This document shows positions 37,518 to 49,575 of a stretch of DNA of 64,000 nucleotides, in pieces (positions within the stretch are counted from its first letter, which is position 1; each line of letters opens with the position of its first letter). Source of the DNA: an uncultured Chlorobiaceae bacterium (GTDB lineage: Bacteria; Bacteroidota; Ignavibacteria; UBA10030; SZUA-254). The DNA lies in the NCBI GenBank assembly GCA_964354225.1, contig CAYGZC010000028.1, positions 4,536 to 68,535 on the forward strand. The letters run 5' to 3'. The position numbers and the translations under genes were made by a program. The notes under the pieces were generated by a model. It did not search any database. It saw only the letters and a list, made by a program, of their open reading frames with translations, and was not told the origin of the DNA.

Positions 37518-38180
37518 TTATAAAACTCGCTCCATTCTCTCGACAAGCCATATGCGTCTGCCATCCGGAATCTGATGAGGGACAAGAGAGGCAACAGTCC
37601 TCGACTGTTGACCTAATCCTGTTCTGCGGAAGTCAGTGAGTTTGTAAAAGACACAGAATTGGTTGCACTGATTCCTCTCGTCAGCATCTTCTCGAATGAC
37701 TAGCTCAACATATGAGTCTCGGACTAATTTACCCAATAGTCCTCTGCCCATTGCGTTGTCGGTATAGTTAAGGCGTCTGAAAAAATTTACGTGTGGGCTA
37801 ACAGACATTATGATTCCCATCGCGGGTCGAGATTCATCTTGTGCGTGTACTTCGATGATGGTAAGCCGGTTAGTCGTCCTTCCCTCGATGTCAGCCAATC
37901 GATGCACGACATCTGCAAGAATCGGGATGCCACGCGACCTTGAGTATTCTTCAATGATGCTACGCACTTGATAGCCCGGAACATGTTCGATCTCGATCAT
38001 ATAACGTAAGAGATATGGAATGCAAGTATCCTCATGTGGATTCCAAGGTGGCTCCTGCAAATTGAAGAAGACCTTGCTTCCACAAGTGCAGGAGAAATAG
38101 TAAACATCCTGTCCGCAGTCGGGGCAACTTGTTCCAAAAATTTTGGTATCACAGTCGTCTCTATGTGTTGGTACTGGCAT
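37518..38180 (-). CDS. Hypothetical protein with an N-terminal Cys-rich (zinc-ribbon-like) segment
   Basis: 220-aa ORF with CPDCGQDVYYFSCTCGSKVFF near the N-terminus. It is preceded by AAGGAGA within a leader about 80 percent identical to the leader of 36662-37348. Confidence 0.6.
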   Translation of the reverse strand: MPVPTHRDDCDTKIFGTSCPDCGQDVYYFSCTCGSKVFFNLQEPPWNPHEDTCIPYLLRYMIEIEHVPGYQVRSIIEEYSRSRGIPILADVVHRLADIEGRTTNRLTIIEVHAQDESRPAMGIIMSVSPHVNFFRRLNYTDNAMGRGLLGKLVRDSYVELVIREDADERNQCNQFCVFYKLTDFRRTGLGQQSRTVASLVPHQIPDGRRIWLVERMERVL

Positions 38181-38483
38181 TTATTCTCCTTGTGGCGCAA
38201 TTGCACTCAACTAGTGTATTAATGGATGCCGTATATCCACCCAAAATGACATTATAGACTTCCCGCATTGCAAGGGGTTATTTCGCTTTGGGCTGATGCA
38301 TAGCCAAATCCAATGAATTAATAATTTTACCAAGTTTACCACTGATATGTTCTCCTCTTTTCTATTTGTATCTCGTATAAAACTGAATAGGTGAAATTAA
38401 TAAAACTCCAATGCAATATCAAGTTATTTTTTATTATAATTGAATTGATTCCATACGATTGATCCGTCTGGAAAGCAGACTAA

Positions 38484-38834
38484 TCAGCTTCCCCGTTGAC
38501 CGCCACGCCGGATAGCAGTTGGTCCGCGAAATGTTCCGGTGCTCTTCGGTATATGAATTCCGGATCTACCGGCTTCTTGTGTATGGAATACATCTCCGGG
38601 TTTTAGAATTCTGACCCTTATCGGTTTTCCCTGAATCTCTTTCCCGCGCAAACCCTCAACTGCCTCGCGGGCTTCTGATTTCACCGTCATAACAACGATG
38701 CCGTATCCGTCCGATGTATTCGTTTTTTTGTTTCGCCCGATAGTTGCTTTTTTGACTGCACCGAATGGTTCGAACATTTTTTTCAATTCGTCATCAGTAT
38801 ATTCCAAAGGTATATTTCCAATATAGATTTGCAT
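38484..38834 (-). CDS. RRM-domain RNA-binding protein
   Basis: RNP2 IYIGNI, an RNP1-like DGYGIVVM, and a C-terminal Arg/Gly-rich tail. Confidence 0.85.
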   Translation of the reverse strand: MQIYIGNIPLEYTDDELKKMFEPFGAVKKATIGRNKKTNTSDGYGIVVMTVKSEAREAVEGLRGKEIQGKPIRVRILKPGDVFHTQEAGRSGIHIPKSTGTFRGPTAIRRGGQRGS

Positions 38835-39009
38835 TTTTGTGCCCTGTTCTATTATTTAGTCGAAATACTCGTATGATTAAAAGGTAGGGAAAAACATCCT
38901 AACATTCAACCAACAACTTTATTAATATCTCGAACAACATTTTGAGATATTAAGCAGAAATCCCATGAATTAAAAATCCCAATCGATTGATCGGGATTCT
39001 ATAATCTTC

Positions 39010-39080
39010 GCTCCGCAGGCATCAGCCTTTGGCTGAGAACTTGCATCTCGTTCCAAAGGAACAGGATAACAGCCGGATGT
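39010..39080 (-). repeat. tRNA-Asn-derived pseudo-copy A (anticodon-loop to 3' acceptor part, with inserted hairpins)
   Basis: Shares GCTCCGCAGGCA, GAACTTGCA and TAACAGCCGGATG with the intact tRNA-Asn. It carries extra hairpins TCAGCC-TTT-GGCTGA and TCTCGTTCC-AAA-GGAACAGGA. Confidence 0.5.
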
Positions 39081-39337
39081 TATAAATCTAATTTCCCATT
39101 AATTAATCGGTGAATCTTCTCTTTATTCTTCCAACTTTTAATTAACCGCTCAAACGATATTGCTTCACTTCGCGTATTATACCCTTTCGTAAAAACCAAT
39201 TCCCGTGGACGGTACTTTGATGTGTAACCCTTCTCTATCGTGTTATGAAATTCCAATCTTTTGCTTGGATTCTTAGATTGGCCAACATAATATTTATCTG
39301 CTGATTTTGAATGAAGAATATAAATCCAATATCCCAT
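39080..39337 (-). CDS. GIY-YIG nuclease-family small protein
   Basis: The protein starts MGYWIYILHSKSADKYYVGQS...RLEFHN and is 85 aa when started at ATG 39337. The longer track ORF would overlap the tRNA gene. Confidence 0.8.
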   Translation of the reverse strand: MGYWIYILHSKSADKYYVGQSKNPSKRLEFHNTIEKGYTSKYRPRELVFTKGYNTRSEAISFERLIKSWKNKEKIHRLINGKLDL

Positions 39338-39373
39338 AAAATCAAAATCCCATCTATTCTGATGTGACTCCTT

Positions 39374-39448
39374 TGGCTCCGCAGGCAAGACTCGAACTTG
39401 CAACCCTCCGGTTAACAGCCGGATGCTCTACCATTGAGCTACTGCGGA
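39374..39448 (-). tRNA. tRNA-Asn (anticodon GTT), CCA encoded
   Basis: The reverse complement folds as a cloverleaf: TCCGCAG-TA-GCTC-AATGGTA-GAGC-A-TCCGG-CTGTTAA-CCGGA-GGGTT-GCAAG-TTCGAGT-CTTGC-CTGCGGA-G-CCA. Confidence 0.9.
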
Positions 39449-39473
39449 ATATATTTTATTTTCTACCTTAATC

Positions 39474-39567
39474 CCTTGAACTTGTATCCCATTCCAAAGG
39501 AACGGGATAACAGCCGGATGTACCAACGGTATCCCCTTGGGACTCCACCATGGAACTGCTGCGGAAT
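39474..39567 (-). repeat. tRNA-Asn-derived pseudo-copy B (5' acceptor, D-arm and anticodon part, with insertions)
   Basis: Contains CTCCACCATGGAACTGCTGCGGA (the tRNA has CTCTACCATTGAGCTACTGCGGA), TAACAGCCGGATG, and the same inserted hairpin as copy A. Positions 39478-39521 match 39037-39080 at 40 of 44 positions. Confidence 0.45.
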
Positions 39568-39775
39568 TAATTAACTTTAATTTTGCTAATTAATTTCGAT
39601 TGTTTTAAAGCGAATGTGAATAAATATATGAAAATCCCTCCCGAAAGTCAATCATTCAGTATTTGACTAATCCTACCTATTTAACTATATTGACTTAGAA
39701 AATGGAATGATAATCCATTAAAATCTGTTCTAATTAATAGAAACACCAATTATCAGAGAAAATCAGGATTATTAA

Positions 39776-42277
<2,502 letters not shown>

Positions 42278-42296
42278 ACCTCTTATTAATATTTTC

Positions 42297-42335
42297 AACC
42301 CCCGTCCGAGAAGTTGTTGTGATGGGGGTTTTTCT
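42297..42335 (+). terminator. Intrinsic terminator after clpC
   Basis: AACCCCC...GGGGGTT hairpin followed by TTTTCTATTTT. Confidence 0.7.
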
Positions 42336-42348
42336 ATTTTAAATTCAA

Positions 42349-43377
42349 ATGGTATTATCGAAGAAAAATCCAAGGGTACGGGAATTATCATTCCAGTCAT
42401 TTTTAAATAAAAAGGTTAACGAGCTTGAGCTGCGCCCGGAAGGTACACTCCGTGAATGCTTGATAGAGTTGCGGCACGAGCTGATGAAGAAGCATATCGC
42501 TTTCTTCCCGCACTTTTATTTTGGCGATGAACCATGGGGCTGCATCGACAGAACCGGTTCGGTTGAAATTCCATTCTATCTTGCTAACAATAAACTCCGT
42601 CGGCTTGCCGAAAAGTATTATCTTTCCTACTCCAAAGAAGAGATCAAGATGATATTGCGGCACGAAACGGGTCATGCACTCAATTATGCTTATAAACTCT
42701 GGATAAGAGAAGATTGGAAACAATTATTTGGAAGATTTAGACAATCATACCGTCCATTTTATCACTTTAATACTACAAGTAAAGATTTTGTTAGATACCT
42801 TCATTACGTTGGTCATCCACACTACGCACAAAAACACCCTGATGAGGATTTTGCAGAAACATTCGCAGTCTGGCTCGACCCGACATCGAAGTGGAAATGG
42901 AATTATAAACTCTGGAATAGAGCTATGGAGAAACTCCGATTCGTTGATTTACTGTTCGGGCATGAACAAATTGCATCGAAGCGTCCATTGAGAGTTCGAT
43001 ATACAGAGACAGACAATTACCGTAACATTATCTCAACTGTAGCTGAATATTTCGAGATCGAACGAAAGATTGATCCACGGGTGAAAGAGTATACCGAAGA
43101 CCTCAAGCAAATATTTTCCGATGTGAGCACAAAATCCCATCGTTTGATCAGGGCAGATTTATTTATTCAGCATTACACTAAATATTTAGAGGAAGAGTTG
43201 TTCACCTGGATTGCGAAAGCAGATCGGCGGGATATTCGAAAGTATCTGCGTGAAGTGCAAACGCTTTGCTCGATAAACAATCTGCATCTTCAGCCCGACC
43301 AAGCAACTGAAAAGCTGGTAGAGCTTGTGATCGTTTCAACCTACCACGTTCTGAAACGATTGAGATTTATAAGATAG
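42349..43377 (+). CDS. Putative zinc metallopeptidase-like protein (HExxH)
   Basis: 342 aa with HETGHAL and a downstream acidic residue (PDEDFAETFA). Family assignment is uncertain. Confidence 0.55.
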   Translation: MVLSKKNPRVRELSFQSFLNKKVNELELRPEGTLRECLIELRHELMKKHIAFFPHFYFGDEPWGCIDRTGSVEIPFYLANNKLRRLAEKYYLSYSKEEIKMILRHETGHALNYAYKLWIREDWKQLFGRFRQSYRPFYHFNTTSKDFVRYLHYVGHPHYAQKHPDEDFAETFAVWLDPTSKWKWNYKLWNRAMEKLRFVDLLFGHEQIASKRPLRVRYTETDNYRNIISTVAEYFEIERKIDPRVKEYTEDLKQIFSDVSTKSHRLIRADLFIQHYTKYLEEELFTWIAKADRRDIRKYLREVQTLCSINNLHLQPDQATEKLVELVIVSTYHVLKRLRFIR

Positions 43378-43390
43378 GAAACCTTCTGTC

Positions 43391-43438
43391 AACCCCCCGA
43401 AGGTTTCCCGTTCTTGCATCAAGAACCTTCGGGGGGTT
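43391..43438. terminator. Bidirectional terminator between convergent genes
   Basis: A perfect 15-bp stem, AACCCCCCGAAGGTT (43391-43405) with AACCTTCGGGGGGTT (43424-43438). Confidence 0.7.
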
Positions 43439-43455
43439 AGACGATATCAGCTGTT

Positions 43456-46400
43456 TTAGAAATCAACTTTAATCGTTACAATTCCATTTTTCATCGTTTT
43501 TACTTTCACAACATTCTTTTCAAACCACACTGCACTTCCGTCTTGTTCTAAAAAGTTTGAGGTGAAAGCTTTCTTCGGAGTCTGAGGTAGTGTCAACACT
43601 GCATCAGTTTCTTCACCTTTTGCATCGTACCACTGGAAAATCCAGGCATCAGAATCTTCTGCCTTTTTAATTGTGGTAAGAACTAAGTTCGAGGGCTCCA
43701 ATTTCACGAGCGAGTTTGATGCCGGGAGTTTCCCCCTGTGTTTATCACTTATTACTGCAATCATCGGATCGTTAAATTCGTACCCTTTCTGCGTTGTGCT
43801 TGATTGCTGCCAATTTTTACTATGAGGGTAAAGTGCATACCGAATAGAATGTTTCCCGCGGTCAGCAGTTGGGTCGGGCCACTTAGGCGAGCGAAGAAGC
43901 GAGAGCCGCATAACGTTTCCTTTGATATCGTAACCGTATTTTGATGTATTCAATAAACTTACGCCAAAATCGTTCTGCGAAAGATCAGCCCAGCGCTGGG
44001 CGGGGACTTCTACCTTTGCACTGTCCCAGCTATCGCGCCATTGAGTTGAACGTTGGATTGTTCCGTAAGGAATTTCGTACGTTGCCACCGTGTTGCTTAC
44101 TGAAACAGGAAACGCAACCTTCAGCATGGTTTTCTCTTCCCACCAATCAACATCCGTCTTGAAATCGATGTAATCAATGCCGTCATACAACGAGATGTCT
44201 TGGGTGAAAAACGTGTTTGGGTAATCTTGCGTTGGCGCTTCTTTCTTCACGCCCGGTTTAAGATAATCAGAAATTATTCGCAGAGTCGCACGCACCGGTC
44301 CATACTCCACAACTTCAATCTTACGGAGAGTTGTTGGGAACTTCACGCCCGTTAATCCAATATTCCATGCATCCCAAGCTGATGGTTTATCTTCGAGCAT
44401 TTGAAGCTGGTTGCCATTTCCGGCTAAAATTTCTTTTCCATTTAGCTTGTCGATTATACTTTTCACCTCCCCAGTCATCTCATCGATGGTAACGAAGAAG
44501 AATTCATTTTCAATAGAAGCCACCGATATTTCCAGATTCTTTGCCTTGACTGTTGACTTTTGTTTTCTCATCTCGTACAGTTTATACCCAAGCGAAGGAA
44601 CACTCTCTGCTTTAAAGAAAATCTCGCGGTTGTATTTATCTTTTTGAATAGTTTGCGATGGAACTTCTTTTCCCTGAAGATCAAAGATGCTGTACTCATT
44701 ATTGTCAGCTTCGGGAAGCTGGAGAGTTACAATACTTGCTCGTTCCCACGAAAGCGGATTGAAGACTAGTAATGGTTCACCTTTCTTTACGGTTGATGTG
44801 TTAATTTGATTTGAAAGATAGGTGAGAGATTTCTTAAGCTCGAATGTACCGATAGCTTCCGATTGTTTATACCGTTCAGGTGCATCAATGTACACTTCTC
44901 GAATACTGGAACCGGGAAGAATGTCATGAAATTGATTAAACAGAACATTCTTCCACGCTTCTTCGAGATCGGCAGCGTTGTACTTACCACCGAACATAGC
45001 GGCAAGAGAAGAAAATTTCTCAACATTAGTTAGAAGAACCTCACACTTACGATTCCACTCTTTACCTTTTGCCTGTGTTGTGAAAGTTCCTTGATGATAC
45101 TCAAGATAAAGCTCGTCTTTCCAAACAGGTAGAGTGGTAAGATTTTGTTTTTTCAGCCAATCGAGATATTGTGTTGTTGTGCCGTATTCAATGGAAGGAT
45201 AAATATCAAGTGTTTTCAGATGCTCGATACGATCTATCATATCGTTAGATGGTCCACCACCATGGTCACCGACACCGAAGAGGATCATCATTTTCGTGAA
45301 GCCGGTGTTTGCATCGAATTGGCGCACCCAATCAACTAAACGGTAAGGATCATCGACAGTGTTCACGTAATCGAAAGGGAAATAACTCAAAACGCGAGAA
45401 CCATCAGGGCTCTCCCACCAGAAAACTCGGTATGGAAAAACATTCGTTTCATTCCATCCTATTTTCTGCGTGATGAATGCATCAATACCAGCATTGATGC
45501 AGAACTGCGGCATATTCCAATTGTAACCGAATGAATCAGGATTCCAGCCAATCTTTACATCTACACCAAACTTTTCTTTGAAGTAACGCTTGGCATAAAG
45601 AAGATGCCTCATCCACGATTCACCGCTCGGTAAATTGCAATCCGGCTCAATCCACATACCGCCAATTATTTCCCATCGACCATCTTTAATTCTCGGGATC
45701 ATCCGTTTAAATACATCGGGGTAGTACTGCTCCATCCAATCGTAGTACGCTGCAGAACTTTGTGTATATGTGAAATCGGGGCGAGTATCCATCATGCTAA
45801 GCACAGAAGCGAAAGTATTTTTACAAACCTCAATCGTTTCTCGCTCACGCCAAAGCCAGGCGGCATCGATATGAGCATTTGCATCGAAGAAAATTGTGTA
45901 TCGCTTGGCGAAATCACTGACCGGCTTTAACTGTGCGCGAATTTTATCAAGTGAAGCCGTGAATTTATCCAAATCACCAGAAGCAAGTGGTTGTACATCC
46001 ACTTCACCGGCAAGTTTCTGGAGAAGATTATTCAAACGGATTTTCTCCTCACGATCCATATTCGATTTATCGATACCCGGGTCTTGTTTCCTTCGAGCAT
46101 TAGTTTGGTATGTATCGAAGCTTAACAATTTCTGTCCGACACGAATGCTGGTGGAAAAATCCTGGACCATCTGGCTGATTTTCTTTGATCGCTCCGATTC
46201 GATTTCCGCTCGAATCAAACGCAGCGGTCCACCAGTATTAATTGCTTTTACCGCAACCAAGAATTTCTGCCCGGGTTTGGCATCCTTCGTCAGCTCGAAC
46301 TCTCCGTCCCAGGGAAAATATCCTTTGCTCTCTCCATTCACCCACAGATAACCGTAATCATCAACTGATACCAGAAACTTCACTGCACCACTCACCGGCT

Positions 46401-46680
46401 GTCCCAAGATCTGATCGGGTATAACAAATTCCTTCCTGATCCAGCATGAATCGGGATAGATGCGTTGGTCTAGTTTTAGATTCTCCCATTTCGAATCATC
46501 GAAATCGGATTTTGTGGGATCGCCGGTTATCGGCTGTTTCAAGTCGGGACTTGCTTTCCAGTTGTTAAACGAAATGGTTCCAAGTGAATCTAGCGAATGC
46601 ACGACTTTATCGACTTGAGTTTGAGCAAACATTGAGAAAGGCAAAAGGCAAAAAACAAAAATTAAGAACAGGGTTTTCAT
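43456..46680 (-). CDS. Secreted GH38-family alpha-mannosidase
   Basis: GH38 catalytic-core signatures (DAAWLW, WNPDSFGY, FWWESPDGS, FGVGDHGGGP). I chose the ATG at 46680 (MKTLFLIFVFCLLPFSMFAQ signal peptide) over the TTG at 46725. Confidence 0.85.
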   Translation of the reverse strand: MKTLFLIFVFCLLPFSMFAQTQVDKVVHSLDSLGTISFNNWKASPDLKQPITGDPTKSDFDDSKWENLKLDQRIYPDSCWIRKEFVIPDQILGQPVSGAVKFLVSVDDYGYLWVNGESKGYFPWDGEFELTKDAKPGQKFLVAVKAINTGGPLRLIRAEIESERSKKISQMVQDFSTSIRVGQKLLSFDTYQTNARRKQDPGIDKSNMDREEKIRLNNLLQKLAGEVDVQPLASGDLDKFTASLDKIRAQLKPVSDFAKRYTIFFDANAHIDAAWLWRERETIEVCKNTFASVLSMMDTRPDFTYTQSSAAYYDWMEQYYPDVFKRMIPRIKDGRWEIIGGMWIEPDCNLPSGESWMRHLLYAKRYFKEKFGVDVKIGWNPDSFGYNWNMPQFCINAGIDAFITQKIGWNETNVFPYRVFWWESPDGSRVLSYFPFDYVNTVDDPYRLVDWVRQFDANTGFTKMMILFGVGDHGGGPSNDMIDRIEHLKTLDIYPSIEYGTTTQYLDWLKKQNLTTLPVWKDELYLEYHQGTFTTQAKGKEWNRKCEVLLTNVEKFSSLAAMFGGKYNAADLEEAWKNVLFNQFHDILPGSSIREVYIDAPERYKQSEAIGTFELKKSLTYLSNQINTSTVKKGEPLLVFNPLSWERASIVTLQLPEADNNEYSIFDLQGKEVPSQTIQKDKYNREIFFKAESVPSLGYKLYEMRKQKSTVKAKNLEISVASIENEFFFVTIDEMTGEVKSIIDKLNGKEILAGNGNQLQMLEDKPSAWDAWNIGLTGVKFPTTLRKIEVVEYGPVRATLRIISDYLKPGVKKEAPTQDYPNTFFTQDISLYDGIDYIDFKTDVDWWEEKTMLKVAFPVSVSNTVATYEIPYGTIQRSTQWRDSWDSAKVEVPAQRWADLSQNDFGVSLLNTSKYGYDIKGNVMRLSLLRSPKWPDPTADRGKHSIRYALYPHSKNWQQSSTTQKGYEFNDPMIAVISDKHRGKLPASNSLVKLEPSNLVLTTIKKAEDSDAWIFQWYDAKGEETDAVLTLPQTPKKAFTSNFLEQDGSAVWFEKNVVKVKTMKNGIVTIKVDF

Positions 46681-46782
46681 TGTGGATTCCTTAAATAAAT
46701 GGTTAATTTTATTGTTGTGAAACAAATTTTTCCAGGTTTAAATGTAGAATTAAACTTTTACATGCGTAAACTGAATAGATGC

Positions 46783-48810
46783 TTATTTAAGAGATTGAAG
46801 TATCCTTCGTATCTCAGGTGCATTAGCGTCATCCGGTGAAATTTCAAGATACTTTTGCCAGTATAATTTCGCCTCAGCCACTTTTTTTAACTGAAAATAA
46901 CAATTGCCTGCACCTAAATATGCATCGGCGAAGTTAGAATTAAACTCTATCGCAGATAGAAAATTCTTAAGTGCTTCCTGGATATCATCTTTACCCTGCA
47001 GATAGACAACACCCATTGTATGATAAGCAGCAGCTAATTCTGGATTTAGCTCGAGCGCTTTTTGCAATGCAATAATTGCCTCATCATATCTTTGAGCCGC
47101 CGCATAGGCGATACCCGTGTTCAAGTATATATCAGGATTTGTTGTTCCGACCTTAATAGCTTTTTCATTGTAACGTAATTCATTACTTCGATCCCCATGT
47201 AAAGAATAGACATGTGCTAAACTTCCCCATATTCTGGAATTCGCTGAATCTACCTCAAGAAATTTTCTAAAATATTTAATAGCGTTATCTGCATCCATTC
47301 GTGAGCGGTAAAATATTGCAAGCTCTTCATAAGCAGAGGTCCTCGCGCTTGGTGACCACAGTTTTTGATCCGGCAAAGTATTGAATCGTTCTATAGCTCT
47401 TGCTTCATCTGCATTAACCAAAATAAAACTTGCACTATGAAGCAAAGTCATGCCAAAAATCATAACAACCATTCGACGTTTTAGCATTAAGTTATCCGGA
47501 CAATAATTTCCCCAATTCGCAGCCGCCACTATTATTCCCACATTAAATACCGCAAAGATATCCCAATCTCTGCTCATACCTATCTCGCTGTTGAATAAAA
47601 CAATAAAACTTAAAGAACAGCCCGCGATAAGGAATAGAAATACCTGTTGATTGTTAATCGATTGTACCTTGTGTTTCCATATAAACAATGCTACAAGTAG
47701 TAATAATGGATAAGGAGAAAGCAAACCCTGTAAGTTACCAAGATTTATTAAATGTGCGAATGAAAAAAGTGAATATGCTTTATAATAATCTTGAGCAGTA
47801 CCAAACACAAGAAGGTGCTTCCCACTTTTTGAAAACACATTATAAAAAGTATCAAATGAAAAGCCGCACATCCACAGCGACACCATAGCTGCCGAACACA
47901 TAACAATTGTAGAAATTACCAGTCTTGACCAATGCCCCTGTCGAATATTTTGAATAAACAAGTAGAGCAACGTTGGCAGCAAACATAGTGTGCCGAAGTG
48001 AAGTGTAAATAATATTCCATACATCACAACAGGAAATACGACGCTCATGTCGCCATGAAGAGAAGCAATTGCCAGCCCAAAATATAGCAATAATCCAAAA
48101 TAGAGTGGTGTATAAACTTCGACATATCCAAAGAATAGCTGAATGCCTCCGGATGTAATTATGAAAAGAAAGATTAGCACTCTATCTATTTCCGATTCAG
48201 CAAGATATTTAACAAGCCGAGTGAGCACTAAAACACTTCCTATTCCAAACGTAATACTTGTAAACTGAATAGGGAATTCATTGCTTATAAAAATTCCAAG
48301 CGAAGAGAGCATCTGAGCTGTTTTCAACAAAATGAAGCCAGAAAGAGGTTCATTTTTAAATATCGCAACATCAACATCTCCAGCCAAACCCTTTTGGATG
48401 ATTCGTGCAACAAGACTTCCATCTCCCAAAAGAAAGAACCGCTCACGGAAAAACCAATAAACAATTCCGGAGCAAATGACACAACCGACGAGAATTAAAA
48501 TTCTGATAGATTTATTTTGCATGCGAATATTTGCATTTATCTTCTCAAGAATCCGCAATATCATCATTTGAGTAGATGGTATCATCAACAATACCATCAG
48601 CAAAGGAATACCCACCTTAAAAATTATCGGAAGGAATGCAAGCTGATGAAAACCCCAATTTGCCGCTGTTGGATAAAACAGAGCAACAATTTGAAAGAAA
48701 ATAAAAATACCACTCACGGCGACAATGATGAAGTACAACATTGTAAAACCTGAAAAACCTTCGAATTTTTTTTGTCTACCCGGAATAGGTTCCTTTTTTT
48801 GTATCGTCAT
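46783..48810 (-). CDS. Polytopic membrane protein with C-terminal TPR repeats
   Basis: About 12 predicted TM helices are followed by several 34-aa TPR-like repeats (AIKYFRKFLEVD..., AIIALQKALELNP..., ALKNFLSAIEFNS...). Confidence 0.65.
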   Translation of the reverse strand: MTIQKKEPIPGRQKKFEGFSGFTMLYFIIVAVSGIFIFFQIVALFYPTAANWGFHQLAFLPIIFKVGIPLLMVLLMIPSTQMMILRILEKINANIRMQNKSIRILILVGCVICSGIVYWFFRERFFLLGDGSLVARIIQKGLAGDVDVAIFKNEPLSGFILLKTAQMLSSLGIFISNEFPIQFTSITFGIGSVLVLTRLVKYLAESEIDRVLIFLFIITSGGIQLFFGYVEVYTPLYFGLLLYFGLAIASLHGDMSVVFPVVMYGILFTLHFGTLCLLPTLLYLFIQNIRQGHWSRLVISTIVMCSAAMVSLWMCGFSFDTFYNVFSKSGKHLLVFGTAQDYYKAYSLFSFAHLINLGNLQGLLSPYPLLLLVALFIWKHKVQSINNQQVFLFLIAGCSLSFIVLFNSEIGMSRDWDIFAVFNVGIIVAAANWGNYCPDNLMLKRRMVVMIFGMTLLHSASFILVNADEARAIERFNTLPDQKLWSPSARTSAYEELAIFYRSRMDADNAIKYFRKFLEVDSANSRIWGSLAHVYSLHGDRSNELRYNEKAIKVGTTNPDIYLNTGIAYAAAQRYDEAIIALQKALELNPELAAAYHTMGVVYLQGKDDIQEALKNFLSAIEFNSNFADAYLGAGNCYFQLKKVAEAKLYWQKYLEISPDDANAPEIRRILQSLK

Positions 48811-48981
48811 TGTTTTACAATCTCATTGCTGAATAGATCGGAGCTTTTCGCGGATTGTGGATGCATCAATATTTTATGGATCCAGTTCCAAGAATCCGTG
48901 GATTAGTTGAATCAATCGCAATAACTTTTGATTGTGTTCTGGAAAACTTAACTGTATTATTCATCGTATCTATAATCATTT

Positions 48982-49575
48982 TCAGAACATAAACAGATGG
49001 ACACCGAACACTATACGGATACCTCCAAAATCACCGTAAAGTTGTTTCTGCTGAGAGCGGCGATAATCGTACACAACATCACCAAATATAGAGAGGTGAC
49101 CCTCTTCATCCAAAGGTTGCTCAAGTCCGATGCCGCCATAATAACCCAACTTCTTGTCGGCTTCTATCGATTTTTCCGGAGTGCGAAAACTTGAAGTAGT
49201 TTGTTTAATTGAGACATAACTAAGACCACCCGAAAGACGAATAAATACATTGCCGCTTAGGATTTGTTTGTTGATTATGCCAACATGAATAAATCGCTCG
49301 AACAACTCAATTGAACTATCAGTCTGCGATTCGACTACAGCTTTTGCGCGAAAGAATGAAATATCTCCCGCAGCATAAAGGGAAGATTTAAATGGAAGGC
49401 AGATGCCGCCACCCCAGATAATATCGGAGCTCGATTGTGCATGAGATCTAAACTGCTGATTTGATGGTAAGAAAAGCCCGCCATACAATGTGATGATGAA
49501 CGGCTGCTGTTGTGCTTCAAGTACAGGCGTAAAAAATAAAAAAATTACAGTGACTATTGATAAAAATAATTTCAT
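48982..49575 (-). CDS. Small outer-membrane beta-barrel protein
   Basis: Signal peptide MKLFLSIVTVIFLFFTPVLEAQ, an alternating strand pattern, and a C-terminal F. The start overlaps the upstream permease gene by 4 nt. Confidence 0.5.
   Translation of the reverse strand: MKLFLSIVTVIFLFFTPVLEAQQQPFIITLYGGLFLPSNQQFRSHAQSSSDIIWGGGICLPFKSSLYAAGDISFFRAKAVVESQTDSSIELFERFIHVGIINKQILSGNVFIRLSGGLSYVSIKQTTSSFRTPEKSIEADKKLGYYGGIGLEQPLDEEGHLSIFGDVVYDYRRSQQKQLYGDFGGIRIVFGVHLFMF

Noticed and set aside
36520-37520. Interpretation of the two ~120-nt repeats as bona fide integron attC sites
   Set aside because: The support is partial. On the ORF strand, copy 2 has a perfect RYYYAAC (ACTTAAC) followed by a 5-nt spacer and an inner repeat. 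Copy 1 has a one-mismatch version (ACATAAC) and a GTTAGCT near its 3' end. However, copy 2 has no GTT at all in its 3' part where GTTRRRY should be, the L'-R' spacing in copy 1 is too long, and no intI gene is in the window. I keep it as a hypothesis to test, not as a call.
39338-39403. Longer start of the GIY-YIG ORF (MQVRVLPAEPKESHQNRWDFDF...)
   Set aside because: The extension is the reverse complement of the tRNA-Asn 3' half. The GIY-YIG domain begins at the internal ATG at 39337.
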